From positions 50,719,899-50,772,603 of the forward strand of contig NC_068988.1 in assembly GCF_001194135.2 (NCBI RefSeq): a stretch of DNA of 52,705 nucleotides. The letters run 5' to 3'. Made by a program: the position numbers and the translations under genes. The number at the start of each line of letters is the position of its first letter. The first letter of the stretch is position 1. Source of the stretch: Octopus bimaculoides. Its lineage: Eukaryota. The notes under the pieces were generated by a model. The model saw only the letters and a program-made list of their open reading frames with translations. It did not search any database and had not been told where the DNA came from. This document shows positions 1 through 42,272 of this stretch, piece after piece.

Positions 1-1
1 T

Positions 2-361
2 GTTTCTGGGGTTGTATGTGGATATGTACGGCAGTATTTTCGGGGAATGTGTGTTGCTGTGTTTAACTTTTCTTAAGTTTTCTATGTTAATTTGTGATGC
101 ACGTCTGATTCCATCCTCTATGAGTTGAACTGGGTAGTGTCTGTCAATTAGTGTGTTTTTGAGTTCTTGTAGTCTGTAGTCTCTAGTATTTTGTTCTGAC
201 ACTATTGTGCATATCCTTCTTGCAAGGTTGAAGGGGATGTTTGTCTTGGTGTGTCTTGGGTGGCATGAATCAAATAGTAGATATTGTTTGGCGTCTGTGG
301 TTTTGTAAAATATGTCCGTTTCTATTTTTAGGTTTACTTTTTTAATTAGTATATCCAAGAA
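2..361 (-). mobile_element. Penelope-like element, RT C-terminal/thumb region, open frame running off the window start
   Basis: 120 uninterrupted codons: FLDILIKK...IETDIFYKTTDAKQYLLFDSCHPRHTKTNIPFNLARRICTIVS...RLQELKNTLIDRHYP...PYISTYNP, typical of PLE RTs. Confidence 0.88.
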
Positions 362-544
362 TGGATATAGTATCCATTTTAATTAGTATATCAACAACAA
401 GTAGTGGGGCTCCTTAAAAAGGAAAATCAGAGTGGCGTCAGTTAGTTTTAGCAAAGCGATTGCTTTAGAAAACAACAAAATAGAAAATAAACTATTTAGT
501 AGCTTAGAAGAAGCACAAAGAAGTAGGATAGCAAATGATGTGCT

Positions 545-1205
545 AGCGGCGAGAATGACACTCTACCATTTCTTCGACGGGTAGCGGAGGCACAACATGA
601 AAATAAATCTAGAATTCAGTCAGTGATGGACCGCAACGGCCATGTGCTCTCCGATTCCAAGTAGATGAGCGCAGTGTTTCGGTAGCAGGAGTAGCGTTCT
701 TGAGACTGAGGGCTTTGAGGCGTATCTCGGTGGTATGCCGCCCCTGTTGGAGAAAGAGATCGGGAGTTGGGAGAAGCCGATTTCAGTGGAGGAAGTGGCA
801 GATGTCCTGAGCCGCTGTGTGGGACACAAATCACCAGGAGTGGATGATCTGCCTTGTGAACTATATTTCCACATGTCTGACTTGTTGGCTCCTGTTTTGG
901 CAACTATCTACTATATTTGGCAACCGTCTAATGTATTGTAGAATCGGCCTGGTCGTCAAATTAAAAGGCCATCTCTCGGAAACTTTCAGTATTGAACGCT
1001 CGGTTCGCTAAGAATGCCTCCTCTTCTCGCTTTTATGTTTTGGCTTTTGAACCCTTGAGGGCCATTCACAGTCGACGACACGGTCATGGTGTCGGACTTT
1101 TCGGATATAGAAACGATCGACATTATACTGCAAGAATATCAGGCATGCACAAGAACAGGATAAAATAGTTGGTCTGCAACTAGGCTCTTGGAGAAGCAAT
1201 CCCAT
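545..1205 (+). mobile_element. Tx1/L1-clade LINE ORF2 fragments (degraded)
   Basis: ISVEEVADVLSRCVGHKSPGVDDLPCELY (KSPGxDGLPxEFY-like), and FTVDDTVMVSDFSDIETIDIILQEY resembling the YADD block of the copy at about 21035. Confidence 0.75.
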
Positions 1206-1570
1206 GTGGACTTATGACTACGTGTGTATGTGTTTGTTTGTGTATTTGGGCATATTTACTGTATGTCTATATGCTTAGGATATATGTGCATGTATGCCTG
1301 CGCACGTATGTGTGTATATCTATGTTTCTCTTTCCTTCACTAGGGATATCTGTGATGCTCCTGATGAGTATCCAGATATAAGCACTTCGTCCAAATATAT
1401 TTTTGTATTATAAACAACTTTTTCTGTCTGACGAATTTTTAATAGGAAATTCCTTACAAGTCAATATAACATGTAAATCTTTGTAATTCCTATTAGTAAA
1501 TGAAACACGTGTAATAGAGAATAAATGATACAAAATATTTCCCACGTTCCTGTTTTGTTATATATATATA

Positions 1571-2379
1571 NNNNNNNNNNNNNNNNNNNNNNNNNNNNNN
1601 NNNNNNNNNNNNNNNNNNNNNNNNNNNNNNNNNNNNNNNNNNNNNNNNNNNNNNNNNNNNNNNNNNNNNNNNNNNNNNNNNNNNNNNNNNNNNNNNNNNN
1701 NNNNNNNNNNNNNNNNNNNNNNNNNNNNNNNNNNNNNNNNNNNNNNNNNNNNNNNNNNNNNNNNNNNNNNNNNNNNNNNNNNNNNNNNNNNNNNNNNNNN
1801 NNNNNNNNNNNNNNNNNNNNNNNNNNNNNNNNNNNNNNNNNNNNNNNNNNNNNNNNNNNNNNNNNNNNNNNNNNNNNNNNNNNNNNNNNNNNNNNNNNNN
1901 NNNNNNNNNNNNNNNNNNNNNNNNNNNNNNNNNNNNNNNNNNNNNNNNNNNNNNNNNNNNNNNNNNNNNNNNNNNNNNNNNNNNNNNNNNNNNNNNNNNN
2001 NNNNNNNNNNNNNNNNNNNNNNNNNNNNNNNNNNNNNNNNNNNNNNNNNNNNNNNNNNNNNNNNNNNNNNNNNNNNNNNNNNNNNNNNNNNNNNNNNNNN
2101 NNNNNNNNNNNNNNNNNNNNNNNNNNNNNNNNNNNNNNNNNNNNNNNNNNNNNNNNNNNNNNNNNNNNNNNNNNNNNNNNNNNNNNNNNNNNNNNNNNNN
2201 NNNNNNNNNNNNNNNNNNNNNNNNNNNNNNNNNNNNNNNNNNNNNNNNNNNNNNNNNNNNNNNNNNNNNNNNNNNNNNNNNNNNNNNNNNNNNNNNNNNN
2301 NNNNNNNNNNNNNNNNNNNNNNNNNNNNNNNNNNNNNNNNNNNNNNNNNNNNNNNNNNNNNNNNNNNNNNNNNNNNNNA
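1571..2379. other. Assembly gap (others: 10120-10611, 17237-17351, 21481-21930, 23799-24014, 26962-27396, 35640-35649, 40386-40895, 49960-50137)
   Basis: Runs of N; most abut microsatellites or young repeats. Confidence 0.99.
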
Positions 2380-2460
2380 ATTACTGAAGCTACATACATA
2401 ATAGAAGAGAAACCTAGCCTGAATAGCAAACTGGAATGGAACACTAACACACACCACTAA
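2380..2460 (+). mobile_element. Penelope-like GIY-YIG endonuclease C-terminal fragment
   Basis: ITEATYIIEEKPSLNSKLEW* resembles the EAxxIxxxKPxLN end of PLE GIY-YIG domains; the upstream part is lost in the gap. Confidence 0.5.
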
Positions 2461-5400
2461 CAAACCACAAACCACAGCATGTGACAACATGTTACCCATA
2501 AACCAATAATAATATGAACAAAGTATAATACAATACATAGATAAACAAATGGAATTAAATACTACATACGTTAACAAAATTTAATTAAACACAAAAAAAA
2601 CCAAAAAAAAAACACACATGAACAAATAAATAAATAAAAACAAATACAAACGAACACGTATTAACAGAGAATATAGGTGATACAGACACTCCCCATACAC
2701 ACATGCACTTACAAAAGATACAGACACATATGTTAGGGTTAATTCACTTTAGTATAAAATACAAAAATATAAAAAAAGCGAGTCATTATGTTTAGAATGA
2801 TCTGTCTTGTTTATCTAAAGACTACCGTATAGAACACGTGAAACTATGTGCTATTTATGTCTACGTGGGATTGCTAGTCTATTTTTGCGTCATCCCATTA
2901 ATATTCATGTGAAAATGGGTTGCGTAGCTTTGTCTATCTTTTTTCTTCTGCTTGTGTTTAACATGGGAAATGGCTGAGAATAAAATTAAGAGTATATAAA
3001 ATACTTCACGTATTTTCATCGTCTTCGTAATAGAAAAATTTCGACGGTGGAAATAGACCAAATATTTACGTATTTTGTGGAGACGACTGAAGAAGGTAGG
3101 GAAAGGTAATAAAAAGAACAAGAGATTTACTAACGCCTTCCGTCTGTAGAAGAGTTACTTCTGCTGTGAACATATTTTGATTTATTCAATGCAATACAAC
3201 CACTTGAAACAATTTGATTTCAGGTGGGTTCACTATTTTACAAAAGCCTTCAGTCAGCAACATTCTGCTCCTTTGTAAGGGAAATAATTTATTTTCGACT
3301 ACAGTTGTCAGATTTAAAGGAAGGTCGTAATAACATTCCTTATCATGAATTAAAATAATTTATTGAAATTTATACTTTATAATTTTGTCCTTGGGCAGCT
3401 ACCTGGTACAATCGTTATTGTACCGGACACAATACTTGGTGGTATTTCTTCGGTGTTTTACAGTCAGCTACGCCAACCGTGTCTTTCAACCTTCCGGGGT
3501 CGATAAAATAAGTACTAGTTGGGCACAAGGTAGACGTACTCGACTTTTCCTTTTTTCAAAATTGCTGATCTGGTCCCAGAATTAAAAAGAATTAATATTG
3601 CTATTATTAAAAGCTGAAATTTGCTAAATTTTAACTCTAAGTTTGATTTTTCAGTTTGCATAAGTTTTTTGAACAATAGGAAATTAGAAATTTACACTTT
3701 TTTGTTATCCATTTGATAGTTTACAATATATCATGCTTTCCAGCATCATAGACCTGGATACTGAGTTTTGTAGAGTTTGAATTACTTAATTACTGGAAGA
3801 ACCATCCAAAGTGATGAGTCGGGTCACAGTCAATCTAGTCGATCACATTCGATTCTAGTCGATAATAAATAGAACAAGTAAAGCAAAATAAGTAAAACAA
3901 AATGGATTCAAAAGCTATTTTTAGGTTTATTTATTGAAAATTTTTATTACGTGGAAATAATACAAAAAAAGTATTTGAATTTTTGAACTCCATTGGAATC
4001 GGAGAATAATATGAACAAATATCACATTCTGGATATAAATCCTTTGTAAGCAAGTAACACTGAATTTTAATTCATTATGGAAAATAAAGCTTTAACTCAT
4101 TATGAAAAGTGAAACTTATAAGAATCCCTTAATACATATCACAGCAGATAAAGGTTCATTTTATGCCGATAACCTTATGCAATACTGGAAACTAAAATCG
4201 TATGCAATAAACAGAATTTGAGTTTACTGGTATATGCAATTAACTTTAAAATTTTTACACACACGCGCGCATACACTCTGATACATATGTATACGTATAA
4301 GTTTAGAAAAAGTTTGTTAATACCTACGAAAACATTCATCAAAGATTTTCCTCAGCTATACATGAAAAATTATTTTTCATATTTATAGGAATGGATATTT
4401 TATTAATATGATCTGACGAGTATTTGTAAAAGTGTTAAATTAACCAATAAGAAATCAAAATGGAAATCATTCCGGTCTTTACGAAGAATTTTGCAGCTGA
4501 ATTCTAGAAAAAAAAAAAAAAAAGAAGTGAAATTAGATTAAATAAAAAGAATTTAATTTGAGAAAATCTTAAAAACTTATTTTTGAGAATTGAAATGAAG
4601 CTATGATATTTTCCCTTTCGGTTTTCTGAATTTTGAGTGACCAAGAAAGTGGTGGATGGTACTACAACTACTCCTATTTTGACAGACGGACAAACTAAAC
4701 AGAGTGAGACACACACACATACGCACAAAACACACACGGACGTCTAACACCAAACGCAACGGGTCACTCAACTAATTAGCGAAGCATCCATCACTAACAT
4801 ACTTCAACCATTAGCTCATAGATAAACTGGTTCTCTCTATCTCTTCTATCGATTCTACAATAATCACTATTCTTCCTAACTAGCTGGTTGCATAATCTCA
4901 CAGCCCAGGTTGACTCGTCTCACCTAATTTTCTTCTTCAGTTATTCATACGGTATTCAAACCACAGAGTACCCTAAATTCTTCCTATCCTGCCTCTCCAA
5001 AATTCGCTCTTCTGGAATCCCTCTTTGTCTACGTGTTTTCTATACACGTTGAATTAGAGATTATCAAGCTGAGCATAAGCAATATCAATCTCACCAGTCT
5101 ATGAAGATATAAAATGTCATAAGCACTGCCATTTATCCTTTGACCTTCTTATATAAAAAGAGAGATGTAGAATATTTTGGAACTGCTAATTTGTTACAAT
5201 AGTGTATAGTTAACTGAATGATATAGTTAATAATAGTTAAAATAAGTAATCCGACCACAATTTGTGAAAATACATTGGTTCACAGTTCCATTGCATGAAT
5301 TAGTGCAGTAGAAATGATTTCAAGCATGTACTATTTTGCATACACAGTAGAAGTCTTTATTGTTTTGAAACAACTTCACTACTTTTGCAACTATAATTAA

Positions 5401-5999
5401 TCATTCTGAAGGCATCTATCATTATAGGTAGCGTTTCAATTTCCATTCTTCATGTTCTAGGTATGGCTCTTTCTACAATATTTAGAAAATTTCTCCATTT
5501 CTTTTGAAGATCCATTATTGTTTATTTAAATTGATACTTTGACTGTGAAGCACTTCGTTTCTTCGTGTCCTACCCAAAAATACCCGATAGATTAACCTAA
5601 ATTTCCATGTTTGTGAATATTGTCATATCTCAAAGTTTGGTTTCTTAGTTCTTTTCTTGTGCAGGTTCAGTTTGCCTTTTATTCTTTTGGGGTTGATGAA
5701 ATAAGTATCAATTGGGCACTGTGGTCGATATGACTGAGTAATCCCCTCCACCAAAATTTCAGGCATTTTCCCTACACTAGAAAGGATTTTCGTATTATTA
5801 TATAATCACTTTCATCTATGGAACAAGAAAAGGCATTAAACAAAAACTAAATCCATGAATGTGTCCTAATTAGTTATACGGTAATGGAAGTAAATATATG
5901 AATAAATAAATGATAGTGACAAAGTGCATTGACTTGTTTGAGTGTTTTAATTGAGAAACCGCATTCAAAATATTCTATTGTCGAAAATTAGATACTTAC

Positions 6000-37339
<31,340 letters not shown>

Positions 37340-37478
37340 TGTTATTAGTGTCAGCTTCTGAGTGTGTCAAAGGAAATTTTCAGTAGACTGGCAACCGCTA
37401 CAACGCCTATAAAAGAAATGAATTATGTAACCGATATATTTTTCCGGATCACTTACATTTGATGTCGTCACTTTCATT

Positions 37479-37565
37479 ATCACATGATTTTTTAAGAAAG
37501 GTATATAATCACATGATTAGTTAAGGAAGGTACACAATCACATGATTCCCACAAAGGTGTATAAT
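37479..37565. promoter_or_regulatory. Three ATCACATGATT (E-box/M-box type TCATGTGA) motifs with exact 29-bp period upstream of paralog A
   Basis: Cores start at 37479, 37508 and 37537, 140-207 bp upstream of the ATG at 37339. The repeat is seen directly; function is inferred. Confidence 0.5.
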
Positions 37566-38378
37566 CTAAAATTACACACAGGAAAAATACCACTGACATA
37601 TAGATTTACTATTTCATACACACACAATAACTTTAGAACTGCAAAATACGCTTACAAAGTCAGTAACGCACATAAAACACAAATGCTATTGTTTTATCAG
37701 ATAGAAGCGTTCTGTATGATAAAAACGTTAATATTATATCTTCTAGGAGTTGTCTTCTGTTTTTAGTTCTTAGATACTTTTAAAGGGTTTTTGTTCATTA
37801 ATTGCTTGGATAATCTCAGCTGATCGACATGTTATTTAACACACTGTGACTGTATAATTTATATAAGACCGTAGTCTATTTGTATTTTGTAAAGAGAACG
37901 CTTAAATATGATATTTATGATATTCAGAATTATACACCACCCTGCACAGACTTAGCTCATTCTAATCCCTACTGTCTCAGACACATATCAACTTAATGAA
38001 TTGTTTTGTATCCTTTTATTTACGAAACAAGGCAGTGGCCGTGGCCCTTCACAAGGCCTCCGACACCGGTGAATGGAGGAGGAGAGGGAGGTATCCTCAA
38101 ACTGAAAATCTGGTCCGAATGCTTGCAACAGAAAGAATTTCGATAAAAGTAACCAAGATGTCTCATGGTCTTGTTAAACCGGGAGATATGTTGTCAACAC
38201 TGATCATCAGAATGCTACAAACGACATGGCTGATCTCAGTATGAACAGGCATTAATTTTTACTGCATTCTCGGCATGGTTGAGAGTTTCTTTCTCAAACC
38301 GTCTTGCAATTCCTATCCTGGAAATTTCTGACAGTTTGTTCATTTATGACGTATGATCGTTGTATATTTCATGCTTCT

Positions 38379-38763
38379 GGAGGCGCAATGGCCCAGTGCT
38401 TAGGGCAGCGGACTCGCGGTCACAGGATCGCGGTTTCGATTCCTAGACCGGGCGTTGTGGGTGTTCATTGAGCAAAAACACCTAAAGCTCCACGAGGCTC
38501 CGGCAGGCGATGGTGGCGAACCCTGCTGTACTCTTTCACCACAACTTTCTCTCACTCTTATTTCCTGTTTCTGTTGTGCCTGTAATTCAAAGGATCAGTC
38601 TTGTCACACTGTGTCACGCTGAATATTCCCGAGAACTACGTTAAGGGTACACGTGTGTGTGGAGTGCTCAGCCACTTGCACGTTAATTTCACGAGCAGGC
38701 TGTTCCGTTGATCGGATCAACTGGAACCCTCGACGTCGTAAGCGACGGAGTGCCAACAACAAC
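38379..38763 (+). mobile_element. tRNA-derived SINE family A, full length
   Basis: A-box-like TGGCCCAGTG, B-box-like GGTTTCGATTCC and (AAC)n tail; near-identical copies elsewhere in the window. Confidence 0.9.
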
Positions 38764-39349
38764 ATTTCCATTTTCTCACACCTGAGAGTATATAAGGTTT
38801 ACGCTGCTCTATCCTTGAGTGATAGAAATTAAATGCATGTTCATATCCTGTACAAAATGACTCGGTGATTCATTTAACATACAGATCATATTTTAGGCTT
38901 GTCTTATGTTCTCTATATTCTTATTTGTTACGAATTTTCTTTTAGTATACAAGGCAAGAAACAGGTCTTTACGTTTAGAATTACTCATTTTATTTGTTAT
39001 TGTAAGCACTACTGTATAGTACACATGACACAATATTCTACTTGTGATTAAGTTGAATTGCCAGTTTATTTTTGTGTCGTTCCTTTAACATTCATGTGAA
39101 AATAAGTTGCATAACTTTGTCTATTTCTTCTCTTTTGCTTGTGTTTAACATGGGGAAAGGCTGAGAATAAAATTAAGAATATTTAGAATATTTTACGTAT
39201 TTTCATCGCGCTCGGAAAAAAACAGAACTTCGATGGTTTTTGTGTAGACGACTGAAGACTAATAAAAATAGCAAGAGATTTAATAAGGTCTTCACTCTGT
39301 AGAAGAATTACCTCTGCCTCAAGCACATATTGATTTATTCGATGCAATA

Positions 39350-40385
39350 GGAGAGACAGTGTCTAGTTGTTACACGGGTAAGTTGTTACAAGCCCATCGT
39401 TTCCAACTTCAAGAAATAGGTGGCACTCAGGTCTCTACCTCGTGAAGGCCAATAGCATCATGACTCCATAGCATCATGACTGCATATGTGTATTGCACTG
39501 GCAGGCTGTCACCAGGAAAGGTATGGCTCAAAAAACGATTTTTTACTCCAAAAGTGAAATTTTGTCTCAAAGTTATTTCCTTAGCTACTAAAGCATAAGT
39601 GGTGTTACTGAAGTACTTTGTGACTCATTAGTAAGTGTTAGAAATTTCTTTCGATACATGAAGGTGTGTCCTGGATGCCATGCATTGCAATTGCTATGTA
39701 CGAAGTAATCCCCAGAAATCCTTGGTCGAGGCTAATTGTTACAGTGTATCAACTTAATCCAGGTATGTAACAACTTACTCCAGGTATGTAACAACTTACT
39801 CCTTCTATTTCAGTTTAACATGTCATGCCTAGGAATTACAAAACGAAGACTGCAAGGGGGTATACCCCTCCTGATGTCATGGAAAGAGCCGCCAGGAAAG
39901 TTGTGAATGAAAAGAAATCATTACGGGATGTTGCCGTAAAACAGCGCATAGTGGATGAAGTAGACGAATGGAAATCCAAGCCAAAGAAGGCAACTGGTAC
40001 AGAAAAGGCAACAAAGGGGAAAATTAAGTCAACTAAAACAGGTAAAGGCAAAGGGAAGCAGCCTCGCACCAAGCAAGTCGCCGATTGGAAATGCCTTGTC
40101 TGCTCAGATTGGTATTCCAACTCCCTTCCAGGTGAAGAATGGGTGCAATGCATGATCTGTAACGACTGGGCACACACTGACTGTACCGATGGACGACAGG
40201 ACTTTCTGTGTGATCTATTTGGTGAAAAGTTAATGGAGGACGATTCCGACTAGATGGCACATGTAACAATGGGGAAACTGGCTGATGAGGACTCTCAGTA
40301 TCACAGTTAGGATATGAGGTGGTTCAAAGCACAGTTAATTAATGAAAATAATACTTCCTAGATGCAAGAAGCAGGAGACGTATTC
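39350..40385 (+). mobile_element. Internally deleted pogo/Tigger-like DNA transposon (HTH start fused to PHD-like end; ORF 39825-40253)
   Basis: MPRNYKTKT...MERAARKVVNEKKSLRDVA joined to a K-rich linker and CLVC..WVQCMICNDWAHTDC..FLC; no DDE domain. Inserted just after a TA (39348-39349) in sequence that is uninterrupted in paralog A. The far end is presumably in the gap. Confidence 0.75.
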
Positions 40386-41116
40386 NNNNNNNNNNNNNNN
40401 NNNNNNNNNNNNNNNNNNNNNNNNNNNNNNNNNNNNNNNNNNNNNNNNNNNNNNNNNNNNNNNNNNNNNNNNNNNNNNNNNNNNNNNNNNNNNNNNNNNN
40501 NNNNNNNNNNNNNNNNNNNNNNNNNNNNNNNNNNNNNNNNNNNNNNNNNNNNNNNNNNNNNNNNNNNNNNNNNNNNNNNNNNNNNNNNNNNNNNNNNNNN
40601 NNNNNNNNNNNNNNNNNNNNNNNNNNNNNNNNNNNNNNNNNNNNNNNNNNNNNNNNNNNNNNNNNNNNNNNNNNNNNNNNNNNNNNNNNNNNNNNNNNNN
40701 NNNNNNNNNNNNNNNNNNNNNNNNNNNNNNNNNNNNNNNNNNNNNNNNNNNNNNNNNNNNNNNNNNNNNNNNNNNNNNNNNNNNNNNNNNNNNNNNNNNN
40801 NNNNNNNNNNNNNNNNNNNNNNNNNNNNNNNNNNNNNNNNNNNNNNNNNNNNNNNNNNNNNNNNNNNNNNNNNNNNNNNNNNNNNNNNNNNNNNAAACTT
40901 GTCTTCAGGCAGCGAGCTGTTACACTCGTTACCGCACCGGACACAATACTTGGTGGTGTTTCTTCCGTTTTTTATGTTCCAATGCCACCGAGGTTGACGT
41001 TGCTTTTCATCTTTTCCGGGGTCAAGATAAAATAATTACTAGTTGGGCACAGGCTCGAAGTAATCAACTTGCCTCTTTCTTCAAAGGACTTGTTTCAAAA
41101 TTTGAAAGAATTATTA

Positions 41117-41812
41117 TCATTACATCCGCCAAGTAAGGAGGTTATGTTTTCATCAACGTTGGTTTGTCCGTCTGTCCGTCTGTGTGCAAAATAACTCAAA
41201 AAGTTGTAAACGGTATTTAATGAAACTTGCAGGAAAAGTTGGTAATGACACAAGAAACAGATGATGAAATTTTAGTAGTGACCGTCAATTTTTATAGATT
41301 CTTGAAGGATTTTTTATTTGTTATACTTTACATTTTTCATACTTTGCATGAAGTATTGTTACGTTCTTTGGTTATCTCCCTTGAAAACACTTAATCGTTT
41401 ACACTTATGGTGGCGTTACTGTTTCCAAAGTTTATTTTCGTTTCTCTATTAGTAATTTTACTCGCGTATCTATCCTAAAATGAACTGCTTGGCGTAGGTC
41501 TGCGGAGGATGACATGACAAGCCTTGACTATTGGGATCAACTCAAAAATTTCAGGCTTTGCTTCCTCCACCGCCGCTGTGAAACTAGCTTGCTGTTATCA
41601 TTTATGTATTATAACTGCTTCAGATGATTCCTGATTTTAAAGGGTTTTTTTTTTTTAAATCATGTGGCTGTGTTATTTTTTTTAACCCCGCCAAGGAGGT
41701 TATGTTTTTGCCGGCGTTGGTTTGGGAAATTGGGCGATTTTCAGCATGCGTGTGTATGGGTGGAAATGAGCTGCTTGGTGGAGGTCTGCGCTCTCCGAGT
41801 GCTTTTCTAGTT
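41117..41812 (+). mobile_element. Helentron-associated non-autonomous elements (HINE/DINE-like), two heads
   Basis: ccgccaag..gaggttatg heads at about 41126 and 41687, a (gtcc/gtct) microsatellite, and a 3' cttggtggaggtctgcgctctccgagtgcttttctagtt with stem-loop. Confidence 0.7.
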
Positions 41813-42194
41813 ATTAGAAGGTAAGTTTGCTAAATTACAATTCTAAGCTTAGCGTTTCAGTTTGCTCAAATATTTTGAACGGCATATCTCAAAGTTTGGT
41901 TGCTTTGTTACTTACTTGAGTAGGTTCAGTTTACCTTTTATTCTTTCGGGATCGATGAAATAAGTACCATTTAAGCACAATGGTCGATGTGACCGACTAA
42001 CAAATTTCAGGTATTGTGTCTCTCACGAGAAAGGATTTTTTATTAAATGAAAACTAAATCTACGATTGTGTCCTAATTAGTTATAAGGTAACGGAAGTAG
42101 ATATGACACTGACACAATGTATTGACTTTTGACCAATAACTTGTTTCAGTGTTTTAATTTAGAAACAGTATTCCAAATATTTTATTGTCGAACA

Positions 42195-42272
42195 TTAGAT
42201 AGTTACCTTTTCAGTTGTAGATGGTTGTAGATCTGAAGTTTGTGGCACTGTTGACGGGTCATCAAATGGATG
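42195..42272 (-). pseudogene. 5'-truncated exon-12 remnant of a third MOXD1-like copy (C)
   Basis: Reads YHPFDDPSTVPQTSDLQPSTTEK then VTI*. There is an in-frame TGA upstream with no intervening AG acceptor; it is fused directly to paralog B downstream sequence. Confidence 0.75.

Larger units (their letters stand above)
38940..42272. repeat. Third copy of the paralog 3' region, broken by TE insertions and deletion
   Basis: 38940-39349 matches 2750-3195; 40900-41070 matches 3385-3560; 41880-42270 matches 5620-6045. Confidence 0.85.

Noticed and set aside
1355-1400. CTGATGAG hammerhead-like start (also ctgatgaaggg at about 26738)
   Set aside because: The GAAA half and stem I are missing, so it is too degenerate to call.
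1461-2577. Long ORFs spanning N runs (also at 10028-10748, 21304-22061, 23651-24238, 26687-27463, 40339-41136, 49887-50198)
   Set aside because: Artefacts of translating assembly gaps as X.
2879-3121. 80-aa hydrophobic ORF as the terminal exon
   Set aside because: It needs a phase-2 acceptor while exon 12 ends in phase 0, and the frame ends much earlier in paralog B. A different frame here is kept only as a candidate in the findings.
3781-3890. Weak similarity to exon 12 (ccagtaattaa) with an AG acceptor
   Set aside because: It gives NRM* in paralog A and an unrelated length in B; the match is too short to call an exon.
37408-37415. TATAAAAG as the TATA box of paralog A
   Set aside because: It is on the plus strand, opposite to the gene; on the minus strand the same bases read as a polypyrimidine tract plus AG.
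38379-38460. tRNA-like sequences with A and B boxes
   Set aside because: They are heads of multi-copy SINEs followed by SINE bodies, with no complete cloverleaf, so not tRNA genes.
39825-40253. PHD-finger host gene
   Set aside because: It is intronless, has a transposase-type N-terminus and sits in an insertion at a TA absent from the paralogous region, so it is TE-derived.
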